Shown one piece after another: positions 45,664-55,450 of a stretch of DNA of 64,000 nt (its first letter is position 1; each line of letters begins with the position of its first letter). Both the position numbers and the translations under genes were made by a program. The notes beneath the pieces are model-generated. The model was not told where the DNA came from. It saw nothing but the letters and a program-made list of their open reading frames with translations, and did not search any database. Origin of the DNA: a virus (taxonomy: Duplodnaviria; Heunggongvirae; Uroviricota; Caudoviricetes; Straboviridae); IMG/VR virus record IMGVR_UViG_2706796059_000001; one strand, 5' to 3'.

Positions 45664-46590
45664 TTACTCGTCTAGCTCTAGGTCAGCTAGTAGTGCGTCT
45701 AGCTCGTCATCGACAGAATCAGTCACTGCCTCTTGTGAAGCAGGAGTGTCGTCAGTGTCGATAGTTGCGCTTGGTTTAGCAACTGTACGAGGTGCATTTG
45801 CTTGAGCAGGAGCACCAGTGTTCAGTTGAGCTTCAAGATTTTGAGCAGCCGTAGATGCTTTAGACTGAGCAGCGCCAGTCACTTGAAGAAAACGCTTCTG
45901 AAGGTCAGCTTCAGATTTAAACGCAGACGGTGCAATGATTGCGTTTAGGTCGTGCATTTGGTCCCAGACTTCTTTCAGTTTAGCTTCGTCACCGCCGTAT
46001 AGCTCAGTGCTTGGGCCGAATTTAGAGTCGTCGTAGTTAGGGAAACCAGATACTTTCTTAGCTTTCAAGCTGAAGTTAGCACCATCGAATACACAAGTCA
46101 CGTCCATGCCCGGTACACCTAGATCTTCATCTGCTTGAGCAGCTTGAGTGATCTTGTCAAGAATTTTCTTACCGAAACGGTATTTGAAAACTTTGCCTTC
46201 ATTTTCTGGTGCAGCTTCATCTTTGATTACAACGATGTTAGCCCAGTAAGAAAGAGTACGCTTGCGTTTACGTGCAATGTTTTGGTTATCTTCGTTTTCA
46301 GTTTTCCAAAGCTCGCCGTTAGCTTGGCAGCATGGACATGGAAGATCGATAGTCGAAGGACAGTTTTCGATGTACCAGTTACCGTTTTCTTTGAAACCGT
46401 GTGTGAAGATTTTTACAAATGGTAGGTCGTCTTCGCCTTTAGCAGGCAGGAAGCGAATCACCGCAGAACCATTACCAAGCTTGTCAGTAGAAAGTTTCCA
46501 CTCGTCAGCATTGTCGAATGACTTTTTGCTTGACATTTGCTCTAGTTTTTCTTGAAGTTTTGCTGGAGATTTGCGTTTGAACATAGACAT
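45664..46590 (-). CDS. 32: Single-stranded DNA binding protein gp32
   Basis: DEWKL, AVIRFLP, HGFK, YIENC...CPCC, KYRFGKKI, NYDDSKF, acidic tail. Confidence 0.97.
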   Translation of the reverse strand: MSMFKRKSPAKLQEKLEQMSSKKSFDNADEWKLSTDKLGNGSAVIRFLPAKGEDDLPFVKIFTHGFKENGNWYIENCPSTIDLPCPCCQANGELWKTENEDNQNIARKRKRTLSYWANIVVIKDEAAPENEGKVFKYRFGKKILDKITQAAQADEDLGVPGMDVTCVFDGANFSLKAKKVSGFPNYDDSKFGPSTELYGGDEAKLKEVWDQMHDLNAIIAPSAFKSEADLQKRFLQVTGAAQSKASTAAQNLEAQLNTGAPAQANAPRTVAKPSATIDTDDTPASQEAVTDSVDDELDALLADLELDE

Positions 46591-46591
46591 A

Positions 46592-46653
46592 TTGTATTTT
46601 ACCTTGTATTTTATAGTATGATATAGTATCGTATAGTGTGTTATTGTATTTTA
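46592..46653 (-). promoter_or_regulatory. AU-rich repeated leader of gene 32 (candidate translational operator)
   Basis: TAAAATACAA three times (46592-601, 46604-613, 46644-653). Confidence 0.6.
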
Positions 46654-47294
46654 CTTTGATTTTTTATTTGAATAAACATTTCTTTAGCAAGAACTTCGTC
46701 GATTTTCAGCAACTTATCGTATGCTAAAGCTCGTGTCTTGAACTCGTGCCAGAAGATATCGTCTCCGTAATCTTTGTCGATTACAGGTACGAAGTTCAAT
46801 AATCTATTCAGAATTACGAACGTCTCAATTGAGATAGTATTTCGTAACACGAGTTGCATTATAACGGGATGCCCTTCGCCTCTAAACAAATCTTTGAATT
46901 TTTTATTCTCTCTATTTATAAGAGTAAAAATCGAAAGTAGTTCATTTTTGTAGTGTTGACTGTAAATTTCCATAAATCCCGTATGTTTCAACCAGAATTC
47001 ATGAGCGTCAGCACCTGCAATCTCATAAGAAATCGCATTGGGGTTCGCTGCTAAGTTACTAACAAGCAACTGATAGCAATCATTCAATGTTAGCCGTTTG
47101 GCTAGCCGTTCAAAAAACACCTTATCTGAACGCTTCTCGAACGCAGATCTAGGTGTTTTCATTCCGAGTTTATACTTGGAGATGTCGTACTTTCCGCCCA
47201 TATGCGCCTTTACAGCACAATAAACACGAAATACGCTATACCCATTGACCCAAGTCCGAGGCAGAACCAAATCGACTTCTAATAGTCTTTTCAT
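46641..47294 (-). CDS. 59: Helicase loader gp59
   Basis: HMGGKYDISKY, FEKRSDKVFF, SNLAAN, ISIETF. Confidence 0.92.
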   Translation of the reverse strand: MKRLLEVDLVLPRTWVNGYSVFRVYCAVKAHMGGKYDISKYKLGMKTPRSAFEKRSDKVFFERLAKRLTLNDCYQLLVSNLAANPNAISYEIAGADAHEFWLKHTGFMEIYSQHYKNELLSIFTLINRENKKFKDLFRGEGHPVIMQLVLRNTISIETFVILNRLLNFVPVIDKDYGDDIFWHEFKTRALAYDKLLKIDEVLAKEMFIQIKNQSKIQ

Positions 47295-47544
47295 TTATCG
47301 CCTCAGTCTCAATTTTGTCTTTCAACGTCTGATTAATCAGATACGGGAAGCGACTAATGTCGTAATCGTATTGCTCAATGAAGAACAGACACGCTTCAAG
47401 ATAGGTCATGGCGGGACAGCTATTATAAATCTCTTCAATTTCTAGAGAGATTTGCTGTCTAAGACTGCCTTTAATAGGCGGAACTAAATCACCAAGCTCT
47501 TCTTTTAAAACGTAGTTGTCTTTATTCATCATCTGCATCGTCAA
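47236..47544 (-). CDS. 33: Late transcription coactivator gp33
   Basis: TYLEAC, LKDKIETEA; synteny. Confidence 0.85.
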   Translation of the reverse strand: MTMQMMNKDNYVLKEELGDLVPPIKGSLRQQISLEIEEIYNSCPAMTYLEACLFFIEQYDYDISRFPYLINQTLKDKIETEAINEKTIRSRFGSASDLGQWV

Positions 47545-47803
47545 AAAGCTTCTCGTATAGATTGTCTACCTTTTCATACTTCGCCTGTTCTTCTTGGCGG
47601 TTTTGTTTGTGATACATCTTCACAACTTTGTTGAAATCGGCAGGTTTGATTTCGAACTCTTCTTTTGCGCGATTCGCAATGTCTTTCATTAGATCGCGTT
47701 CAGAATCAATGCGCAACATGGAAGCAGACGCTTCTTTAACCATGTTAACTACTTCTTGCTTATCTTGCGGAGTAGAGATTGTTTCGTATTCAAGAATGTC
47801 CAT
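47522..47803 (-). CDS. dsbA: dsDNA binding protein DsbA
   Basis: KEAS, KDIANRAKEE, FNKVVKMYHKQ. Confidence 0.88.
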   Translation of the reverse strand: MDILEYETISTPQDKQEVVNMVKEASASMLRIDSERDLMKDIANRAKEEFEIKPADFNKVVKMYHKQNRQEEQAKYEKVDNLYEKLFDDADDE

Positions 47804-47840
47804 CGTTACCTCAATATGTTTTGTTCAATGTCGTTGTTTC

Positions 47841-47878
47841 GTGCTGCTCATTATACAGCAGCACATGTTGTTCTAAAC
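47841..47878 (-). promoter_or_regulatory. GTTTA-class promoter for dsbA-33-59-32 with -10 in an 8-bp inverted repeat
   Basis: GTTTA-N18-TATAAT; GTGCTGCT-N8-AGCAGCAC at 47841-47864. Confidence 0.7.
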
Positions 47879-47885
47879 ATTTTTT

Positions 47886-48818
47886 TTAGAATTCGCTCAT
47901 GCTTTCAATAAGCTTATCTAACTTCTTAGAAGCAAAATACATCATGATTTTACTTCTAGGCGCTGGCTTCTGCGCTTCAAACTGTTCGATTATGCTATCA
48001 CTGATATTCTTAGGAATAAACGCAAAATCTAACAATTTTCTGTTTTCTTCATAACGAGCAAATTGCTCTTCAGTTAAGAGCTTTTTAAGCTCATCTGGCG
48101 TTGATGTCATTAGCGTGCGCAACTCTTCTTTGCGAACAGATGGTGCACGACGACCATCGCCATGTGTGTAGTGATCATTCGGCGCTTTCAACGGTGCAAT
48201 ACCGTCTTTCTTATCACCTTTGATGCATTTAAACATGATGTCCATTTCTGGTGAACCATGCTTCGGCTTGACCCATTTCTTCTGAATCGGAGACCATTGA
48301 CGTACAAGCTTGCTTGTGTGTAACTGAGTAAAGTCACCATCTGAAGAAGTAATCAAAACTGGAACGTTTTTACTCACGTAATAATTAGTCAAAACACCAA
48401 TATGGTCATCGGCTTCGACGCCTTCAATGTCCATTACGTAATACGGCATGTTTTCTTTGATTTCTTCTTTAATCTGCGCCATTGCATTGAAAATCGTTTC
48501 GAAATCCCAGCCAGAGTCATCACGCTGCTCACTACGTTTGTATTTGTAGTACCAAGCTTCTTTCTTGCGCCAATAACCGCCTTTACCGTTATCAATACAC
48601 AAGATAATACGCGGGTATTTGAGTTTGTTCTTTAGCACGTTACTACGTAGCGTGTTAAGAACGATATGACGAATCAAATCAACTGTTAGTAGATCAGTCG
48701 GTTTGTATGTTGCCATGATTGTACTCAAGACAATCTGACTGAAGTCAACGAGATTAACACCCGCTGGCATACCATCAAACGATTTTGTCTTTCGCTTGAA
48801 GAACCCCTCTAAACTCAT
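47886..48818 (-). CDS. rnh: RNase H / 5'-3' exonuclease
   Basis: LVDFSQI, LRSN, YK.KR, EADDHIG, SSDGDFTQL, GDKKDGI. Confidence 0.95.
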   Translation of the reverse strand: MSLEGFFKRKTKSFDGMPAGVNLVDFSQIVLSTIMATYKPTDLLTVDLIRHIVLNTLRSNVLKNKLKYPRIILCIDNGKGGYWRKKEAWYYKYKRSEQRDDSGWDFETIFNAMAQIKEEIKENMPYYVMDIEGVEADDHIGVLTNYYVSKNVPVLITSSDGDFTQLHTSKLVRQWSPIQKKWVKPKHGSPEMDIMFKCIKGDKKDGIAPLKAPNDHYTHGDGRRAPSVRKEELRTLMTSTPDELKKLLTEEQFARYEENRKLLDFAFIPKNISDSIIEQFEAQKPAPRSKIMMYFASKKLDKLIESMSEF

Positions 48819-48848
48819 GTGTCGTTTCCTATATGTTTATATCGTGTG

Positions 48849-48882
48849 TCTAAATATATCATAGCGAATTGCATATCTAAAC
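48849..48882. promoter_or_regulatory. Back-to-back promoters: late TCTAAATA (+, gene 34) and GTTTA-N19-TATATT (-, rnh)
   Basis: Motifs read directly in the 78 bp divergent gap. Confidence 0.55.
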
Positions 48883-48896
48883 AAAGGAGCAATGAA

Positions 48897-51800
48897 ATGT
48901 CAGAATTCCGCAGAGCATTTCGTGCGTCAGGTCTTGATGCAAGTGGTCAGAATGTCATTAACGTAGCAGACCCACGAGCAAATGAATTGTTCGACGGTAT
49001 TAACCAAGGCTACTTTATTGAAGAGAACACTGTTCAAGAGTATGACCCAACACGAGATCACTATAAAGTAGACTTTATCGTTGAGTTCAATCAACGTCTA
49101 TACAAAAACATTACCGAAATCAATGCACCTGAACCTTTTGACTCGCAGAAGTGGCAGAAAATGCGTACCGACCCTGAATGGGAAGATACTGATTCATCGG
49201 TAGGCGCAAACGTCGGTGACTTCTTGTTGTTAACAGCAAGCTCGGCAATCACTATTACACTGCCTGAAACACCATTAACAGGTGACACAGTTACAATCAA
49301 AGACGGTAAAGGCGTTCTTACAACTTACCCTTGTACGATTGCAGCAGCGGGCGGCTTGACGATTCAACATTACGCCATTGACGGTTCAATTGAGTCTAAA
49401 CCGAGTATTTCATTCAATACCCCTAACAGCACTATATTCTTAGTGTACAACGGTATTGCATGGACATATCAGATCAATCAAGAGTTATACAATACGTATA
49501 TTGACGACAGTCACCCAACTCAACAGGGTGGGTACTTATCAACTGGTGGTTATTTCACTAACGTTGGCGAGACAGTCACATATGACGGTTCAGTTAAGAA
49601 AATTGCAATTTCTGTACCACTGAACCCGAACGTGGGCGATACAATTCATCTTAAAGATGTTGCGTATCTTGAGAATCAAACGTCGATTCAAATCGGTGTG
49701 AACCCGACTGCTACGGGTCAGGTTATTCAAGACCCTATTTCAGGCGAACGTAGTTCTGTTATCAGTCTTGATACTATCGGCGGCGCTGATATCACATTTA
49801 TCGATGACAACGGTACTGGCGTATGGGTAATCACAATCGCGAACAACCCGCATTTATGGAACTATGTCGGGGATTCAAGCGCGGTTGAATTGAAGCCTCG
49901 TTCTCGTTACGCTATCGAAATCGCAGATGCTGTTCCTGCAATGACGATCACACTACCAGAAAAACCAGCCGATGGTGACTGGATTGAGATCTCACACAAC
50001 AAAACAGCTCATAAGAAAGTAACGATTCAAGTTCATCCGAATTTCGGTGATGATGACCCAGGTCACGGCCCCGATGAATACAAAGTATTCTTGGACTTTG
50101 AAACATATCGTTATCAAAAATACCGTCATTACGTTGATTTCGTTCCATTCTTCGTTGAATCATTCGAAATTAGTGATTATGACAGCGGTTATTCACTAGT
50201 TCTATACTACGACGCGAGTCGTAAAGTATGGTCGTTCGGTAACATCGCGACTCGTATCGATATCGCTGATGAACTATACCGTAAACGCCCGGGTATCGTG
50301 CCATTAGCTGACCCAACGGAAGCTCTAGCACACGGGATTGAATATGCGCACCCTGAAGATGCAGCAGACCCTTGGGCTGATCAAAACCCACTGAAAGATC
50401 ACGTAATCACGGTAGAGACGCTTGACGCTCGTCGTGCAGGTGAACAGCAAGTCGGTATGGCTCGTGTTGCTACTCTTGGAACTGATGAAGCTCTTGAAGA
50501 ATCGCGTTCTGGTACGTTTGTTCGTTACCCAGATACAAACTTCAGACATGATCTGTTCATAACACCACGTAGCTTGAATGCGCGTACAGCAACTGAAACA
50601 CGTCGCGGTGTAGTTGAAATCGCAACTCAAAACGAGACGCGAAGCACAACTAACGATGTTCAAGTTCTAACACCGATGAAATTCCACGCTGCACAAGCTG
50701 AAGAAGATCTAACAGGTGTTGCGAAACTAGTCGAAGCGTCGAACAACATCAATGCTGGTGGTATTGTTACATCAACAGCGAATATGCGTTCAGACCGTTC
50801 AGTAAATGGTATTGACAATACAGTATATGATAAAACTGATCATCTGCGTATCGTAACGCCTAAAATGCTTGATGAGTATCGCGCTACAGAGAATCAACCT
50901 GGTACATTATGGATTGCTAAGAGTAGTGAACTTCGCATCAACGACTCAACAGTTGATAACGCGATCATCACGCCTAAGAAATTAGCAGCGTGGAAAGCAA
51001 GCTCAACGGTTCGTGGTATTGCTCGTTCTGCTACACAATCTGAAGCAAATGCAACAACAGGAACTGGTGAATCGTGGACAACAGTCTTCATCACACCAGA
51101 AACGTTGAATAGCAGAACAGCAACTGAATCACGTCGTGGTGTTGCTGAAATCGCCACCCAAACTGAAGTTGACTCAGGTACAGACGATACTCGTATTGTT
51201 TCACCACTTAAACTGAAGACATGGCTTGACCGTGATCATTTCGTGACAGCAGGAACAGATGGTCTATCGCATACTGGTACAGTATGGGGCGACGTTACAT
51301 TCAGCATCGCGTCAGCGACTGAAACACAACGTGGTACACTACAAGTTGCGACTCAAGCAGAAGCGAATGCTCAAACTGGTGCGCTTGATGATGTAATAAT
51401 CACACCACAGAAGTTAAATGCGCGTCGTGCTACAGAAACACAAACTGGTATTGTACGTCTTGCAACTCAAGCTGAAGTAGAAGCGGCTACGGCAAGTACT
51501 GAAATTGTTGTTACCCCTAGTGATTTGCTTCACTGGACTAGATACTCTGATAGTTCACGTGCAAATGAAGCTCGATACGGTAATGTACAAATTGCAACGC
51601 CAGCAGAAACGTTCGTAGGTAACAGCACAGACGGTTCAACGCAAGCATATACTTCGTACTTGCGCGTTCCATATGCAGTATCACCTTACGGGTTACACTA
51701 TGCATTGCGTAACTACTTGCCATTAAACGCTAAAGCTGATGACTCAGAATTACTAGATGGCTTGAACAGTACACAATTTGCACGCAGTGACGTTTCAGAT

Positions 51801-52580
51801 ACTATCTCAGGTGTTTACACATTCACAGAGAATGAAATTAAAATTCAGGGCGCAAACCCTCGAATCGAATTCACTGATACGACTGATGCAAACAGCACGC
51901 TTGAGCTTTACTACCAGTCTGGCAAGGTCGGGTTTACTGATGGGGTTGACAACTGGTTGCTTAGAGTAGCTAATGACGGTAATACTAACGTTTACGGTGC
52001 ATTGACAACTGACAGCACGATAACAGCAGGTTCAAGTATCACTGAAAACGAAGCAAGCGCAAACGTTGATGCAACATACGGGACTTATTCAAGCCCTGCA
52101 ACAGGTTCACTTCGTAGCAAGTACTTGGGTATTAACAACGTGGCTAAAGCTTCTGAGAAGTGGGTTACAGCGCGTACAGTGACGTTCACTGGCGACTTGT
52201 CCGGTAACTTTACGTTAGATGGTAGCGGAAACGTTACTTCAAACATTCAAGTTAACGATTATAGTCACGCTCACTCAGGTGAGAACATCACAACTGGTAC
52301 AATTAACAATGATCGTTTGCGCAAATCAAGCCGCACGAATTCAGGTATTGTACAAGTAACAAGTGACGTGCGTACAGCAGACCCAGTGAATGCTTCAGAC
52401 CCACACCAAGCTCTATCGGCTGGTGCTGGTAAGACTCTATCTGAGCGTATCGACTTGTTCACGCCAGACGGTGGTACAGGTGAGAGCGTTAAATACAGAG
52501 ACTACATTCAAGTTGGTTCTGTAAGAATGTCAACTAATAATCAAGGCGTGTTGGAGTTTACGTACGGACACGCTATATAA
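48897..52580 (+). CDS. 34: Long tail fibre proximal subunit gp34 (start revised to MSEFRRAF)
   Basis: FRASGLDASGQNVINVA N-terminus, repeated ATETxxG..xATQxE...ITP units; divergent from rnh as in T4; AAGGAG SD. Confidence 0.93.
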   Translation: MSEFRRAFRASGLDASGQNVINVADPRANELFDGINQGYFIEENTVQEYDPTRDHYKVDFIVEFNQRLYKNITEINAPEPFDSQKWQKMRTDPEWEDTDSSVGANVGDFLLLTASSAITITLPETPLTGDTVTIKDGKGVLTTYPCTIAAAGGLTIQHYAIDGSIESKPSISFNTPNSTIFLVYNGIAWTYQINQELYNTYIDDSHPTQQGGYLSTGGYFTNVGETVTYDGSVKKIAISVPLNPNVGDTIHLKDVAYLENQTSIQIGVNPTATGQVIQDPISGERSSVISLDTIGGADITFIDDNGTGVWVITIANNPHLWNYVGDSSAVELKPRSRYAIEIADAVPAMTITLPEKPADGDWIEISHNKTAHKKVTIQVHPNFGDDDPGHGPDEYKVFLDFETYRYQKYRHYVDFVPFFVESFEISDYDSGYSLVLYYDASRKVWSFGNIATRIDIADELYRKRPGIVPLADPTEALAHGIEYAHPEDAADPWADQNPLKDHVITVETLDARRAGEQQVGMARVATLGTDEALEESRSGTFVRYPDTNFRHDLFITPRSLNARTATETRRGVVEIATQNETRSTTNDVQVLTPMKFHAAQAEEDLTGVAKLVEASNNINAGGIVTSTANMRSDRSVNGIDNTVYDKTDHLRIVTPKMLDEYRATENQPGTLWIAKSSELRINDSTVDNAIITPKKLAAWKASSTVRGIARSATQSEANATTGTGESWTTVFITPETLNSRTATESRRGVAEIATQTEVDSGTDDTRIVSPLKLKTWLDRDHFVTAGTDGLSHTGTVWGDVTFSIASATETQRGTLQVATQAEANAQTGALDDVIITPQKLNARRATETQTGIVRLATQAEVEAATASTEIVVTPSDLLHWTRYSDSSRANEARYGNVQIATPAETFVGNSTDGSTQAYTSYLRVPYAVSPYGLHYALRNYLPLNAKADDSELLDGLNSTQFARSDVSDTISGVYTFTENEIKIQGANPRIEFTDTTDANSTLELYYQSGKVGFTDGVDNWLLRVANDGNTNVYGALTTDSTITAGSSITENEASANVDATYGTYSSPATGSLRSKYLGINNVAKASEKWVTARTVTFTGDLSGNFTLDGSGNVTSNIQVNDYSHAHSGENITTGTINNDRLRKSSRTNSGIVQVTSDVRTADPVNASDPHQALSAGAGKTLSERIDLFTPDGGTGESVKYRDYIQVGSVRMSTNNQGVLEFTYGHAI

Positions 52581-52588
52581 GGTGATTT

Positions 52589-55282
52589 ATGTACGAAAGA
52601 CTTAAACGTGACGGCGATTGGCTATTAATCTTTCGCCATGATTCAACAGGAGGTGTGTTTTTCACCTCCGATGCTGAAGCACGCAGCGTCGGGACAGATC
52701 CCGACGTTGAACAAAAATTCAGTGCGTTGAACTCACTTGAGGAATTTCGCCGTGAAGACGGCAAATTCCAATTCAAGCTTCATTACCCAGAATTAGATGT
52801 AACAAACATTTGGAAGCAAAGCAGTAACTTTGCAGCTATTGATGTAGGTCAATATCTTACAAACGGTAACTTAGCGGGTGGGGAATACGTCACTGAACAA
52901 AATGCAAAAATCGGTTCTTGGGTTATTGTTGAGAAAGAAAACCCAGGGTCATCAAAATACGTCGTTGAGCAACCGACTGCGGCACTAGAAGATCAATTAC
53001 GTTTTCAAGTTCCACAATCACGTTTACTACCAAATAAAACATATACATTATCATGTTGGGTTGGGTATGAAGTAGACACTGATCACGATACGGCAGCTAT
53101 ATTTCACGCTCGTTGGTATGATGGTTCAAATAATGACTATACATTAGGCGAACATACTGCGGGTGATGTGTTTGAATCGGCAGGAAACGAGTTGATAGTT
53201 GACGGGATTCTTTGGAAGCGTCATTATGCTCGTTTCACAACGCCTAGTACTCTTTCATCGAGTAGCATGTACTGGTATTGTTGTTATACAACTGATACAG
53301 GTAAATTACCAACAGGTAAGCGTTGGCTTACAAACTTCATGATTACAGACTCGCAAATCGTCAAAAACTATACTGGCGATTACGACGCTACAACTCGCGG
53401 CGTTAGAGGCTATGAACCGATTTACATCGAAAGCACTGCAAATGATTGGGGTGGAATAGAATATAGCGTTTCAGCCAGTACGTTAGCAGACGGTTCAGTT
53501 GACATATCAAATTGGTATTGGGCTATTGGTGCAAAACGTTCTTGGCCAGACGCGACTACTACATTCCCGGGACCTGGTATAAACGTAAATCAAGCTGAAT
53601 TGTGGGTATATGCTCCTGTTGGTTCTAGAATCGGTGAATATGAAGTATCAGCTAGGCATATCAGAGATTTTTCAAATAATAATATCAGACTGTTAGCAAC
53701 AGGGGTCGCGGACGGAAGTTCAAACCTAGCATCATGTTATATAAACGATGTTAGCGTATTCACACCCGAAGCTAAACAACAATATCAAGTTCGTTTGATT
53801 ATATTCAACGACGATATGACAGTCAAAACTAATAGAAAATATCTTCTGAGTAGTTCTACAGAACGTAGCAACTTCATCAACGGTCTGAACGGGTTAACAA
53901 CAGAGCCGTTTGTTATTCTATCAAATGGGTCAATGTACGCAGATTCTGCGGTAGATGCTGCAATTCAACAGTATCACCCGATTGAGTATCGCGGTAGCTC
54001 TTACTTCAGTCAATACAGTTATAGTTACTGTGCATTCGGTACAGGTCAATTGGGTATTGTATATGATCGTTGTATGTTCGACCATGAATCTGATGGTGAC
54101 AGTGTTGTTGATACTGCATTCGAAGATAAAGCAGGGATTGGTTCAAACGGGTACGGAATTCCTCTAATCGAAACAATGACTGTTCCTACTGATACACGTC
54201 AACTTCTTTCAGATTATGGCGTGATAGACGGACAGTACTTGATTTACAAAGCTCGTGCATGTATTGATCGAAATTCAGCAATCGCAAATGAAGACAAAAT
54301 GGCGAATCTTCGATTCTACAACGTAGTTGGCGATGAAGTCGGCAGGCAGAATATTCATTTTTACAGTGCAGAGAAAAAAGAAACTCAAGAATTTTTCGTA
54401 CAAGTACCAACAGGTGCAGTTAAATTTGCAGTTTGGTCTAACTTACAACCAGAGTACTTTGATTACGTCATATTGACTAAAGGCGGAATGTCAACCCCGA
54501 GTGGTATACCTCATATGATTTCGAACATAAACGGTATCGCTGCTCAAGAGATTGTCAATTCACCGATTACAGGTAACGTAGTTGATGACGATAGCTGGTG
54601 GCGAGCATATAACGCAGATTCAAACTTGTATGCAGGTATTAATATGCCAGTACAAGAAATTGACAACGTTCAATGGGGTAATTATGTGCTTTCAGGCGGT
54701 GAAAAGTGTTTCACACGTACAGCAGGCTCATCATCTCCGATTGAAATGCAAGAAGTATCAATCGACCCATCTCGACCATACTTCTTATCGTTATGGGTTA
54801 ATGCTATAGACAAGCAAAATAGCTTCTTATATTTCAGTGTACGTGTCAAGAATTCATCTGGTGACTATAGAACTCTGAGATTATCAGACGGTAGTCGAAC
54901 ATCTACATATATCAATGTTGACAGAGTGTACGGGTTTCCTGCTTCAAACAATCAATGGGTTTTATTGCAGGGGTATATTCTACCACATGATTGGACAGAT
55001 GCACAACATCAAGCGTTTGCTGATAAGTTTAACAACTATTTCGGTGTAATAAACCCAGAAGATGATCCGACATATCAGACATCAAAGGGTGTAGGTTATT
55101 ACACCACAAACGCAGACAAGTCTTTTAGATGGAATGCTGATGATGATAAGTTGATACTTCGATACAAAGATGAAACAACCGTTGAAAATCAAGTAATGTG
55201 GGCTTTCCCAATTGTTACTGAAGTCAATGTTGCTAGTTCGTTTGAAGACAACTTCACTGCAATCGACTTTGCAATGAAATAA
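52589..55282 (+). CDS. 35: Large tail-fibre-associated protein at the gp35 position with fibrinogen-like and carbohydrate-binding-like modules
   Basis: Follows gene 34; WLLIFRH, KFSALNSLEEF, FKLHYPE, IWKQSSN, WYWAIG; YTLSCWV and YFLSLWV beta-sandwich-like segments. Confidence 0.6.
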   Translation: MYERLKRDGDWLLIFRHDSTGGVFFTSDAEARSVGTDPDVEQKFSALNSLEEFRREDGKFQFKLHYPELDVTNIWKQSSNFAAIDVGQYLTNGNLAGGEYVTEQNAKIGSWVIVEKENPGSSKYVVEQPTAALEDQLRFQVPQSRLLPNKTYTLSCWVGYEVDTDHDTAAIFHARWYDGSNNDYTLGEHTAGDVFESAGNELIVDGILWKRHYARFTTPSTLSSSSMYWYCCYTTDTGKLPTGKRWLTNFMITDSQIVKNYTGDYDATTRGVRGYEPIYIESTANDWGGIEYSVSASTLADGSVDISNWYWAIGAKRSWPDATTTFPGPGINVNQAELWVYAPVGSRIGEYEVSARHIRDFSNNNIRLLATGVADGSSNLASCYINDVSVFTPEAKQQYQVRLIIFNDDMTVKTNRKYLLSSSTERSNFINGLNGLTTEPFVILSNGSMYADSAVDAAIQQYHPIEYRGSSYFSQYSYSYCAFGTGQLGIVYDRCMFDHESDGDSVVDTAFEDKAGIGSNGYGIPLIETMTVPTDTRQLLSDYGVIDGQYLIYKARACIDRNSAIANEDKMANLRFYNVVGDEVGRQNIHFYSAEKKETQEFFVQVPTGAVKFAVWSNLQPEYFDYVILTKGGMSTPSGIPHMISNINGIAAQEIVNSPITGNVVDDDSWWRAYNADSNLYAGINMPVQEIDNVQWGNYVLSGGEKCFTRTAGSSSPIEMQEVSIDPSRPYFLSLWVNAIDKQNSFLYFSVRVKNSSGDYRTLRLSDGSRTSTYINVDRVYGFPASNNQWVLLQGYILPHDWTDAQHQAFADKFNNYFGVINPEDDPTYQTSKGVGYYTTNADKSFRWNADDDKLILRYKDETTVENQVMWAFPIVTEVNVASSFEDNFTAIDFAMK

Positions 55283-55305
55283 AAGAGCCCTTCGGGGCTT
55301 TTTTT
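55283..55305 (+). terminator. Terminator after gene 35
   Basis: agccc-ttcg-gggct plus T-run. Confidence 0.85.
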
Positions 55306-55331
55306 ATACGCGAAGCGAAAAACGGTAAGAG

Positions 55332-55401
55332 GCGGAAAAATTCCGTCTCATCTTAGTAGTATTAGTGGTTTTAGTGATATTAGAAGTATTAGAGGGATTA
55401 G
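55332..55401 (+). repeat. Copy B of dyad plus 9-bp direct-repeat element
   Basis: CGGAA-N3-TTCCG dyad; TTAG at 55353, 55362, 55371, 55380, 55389, 55398. Confidence 0.9.
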
Positions 55402-55402
55402 T

Positions 55403-55432
55403 GTTTAAGCAACCAATGATGAAATGTATACT
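55403..55432 (+). promoter_or_regulatory. GTTTA-class promoter for uvsY
   Basis: GTTTAA-N18-TATACT. Confidence 0.65.
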
Positions 55433-55450
55433 TGATGACGCGAGGTTATT

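Noticed and set aside
50280-51720. Amino-acid repeats in gp34 as a novel repeat system
   Set aside because: ATETxxG/ATQxE/ITP units are the known gp34 shaft repeats
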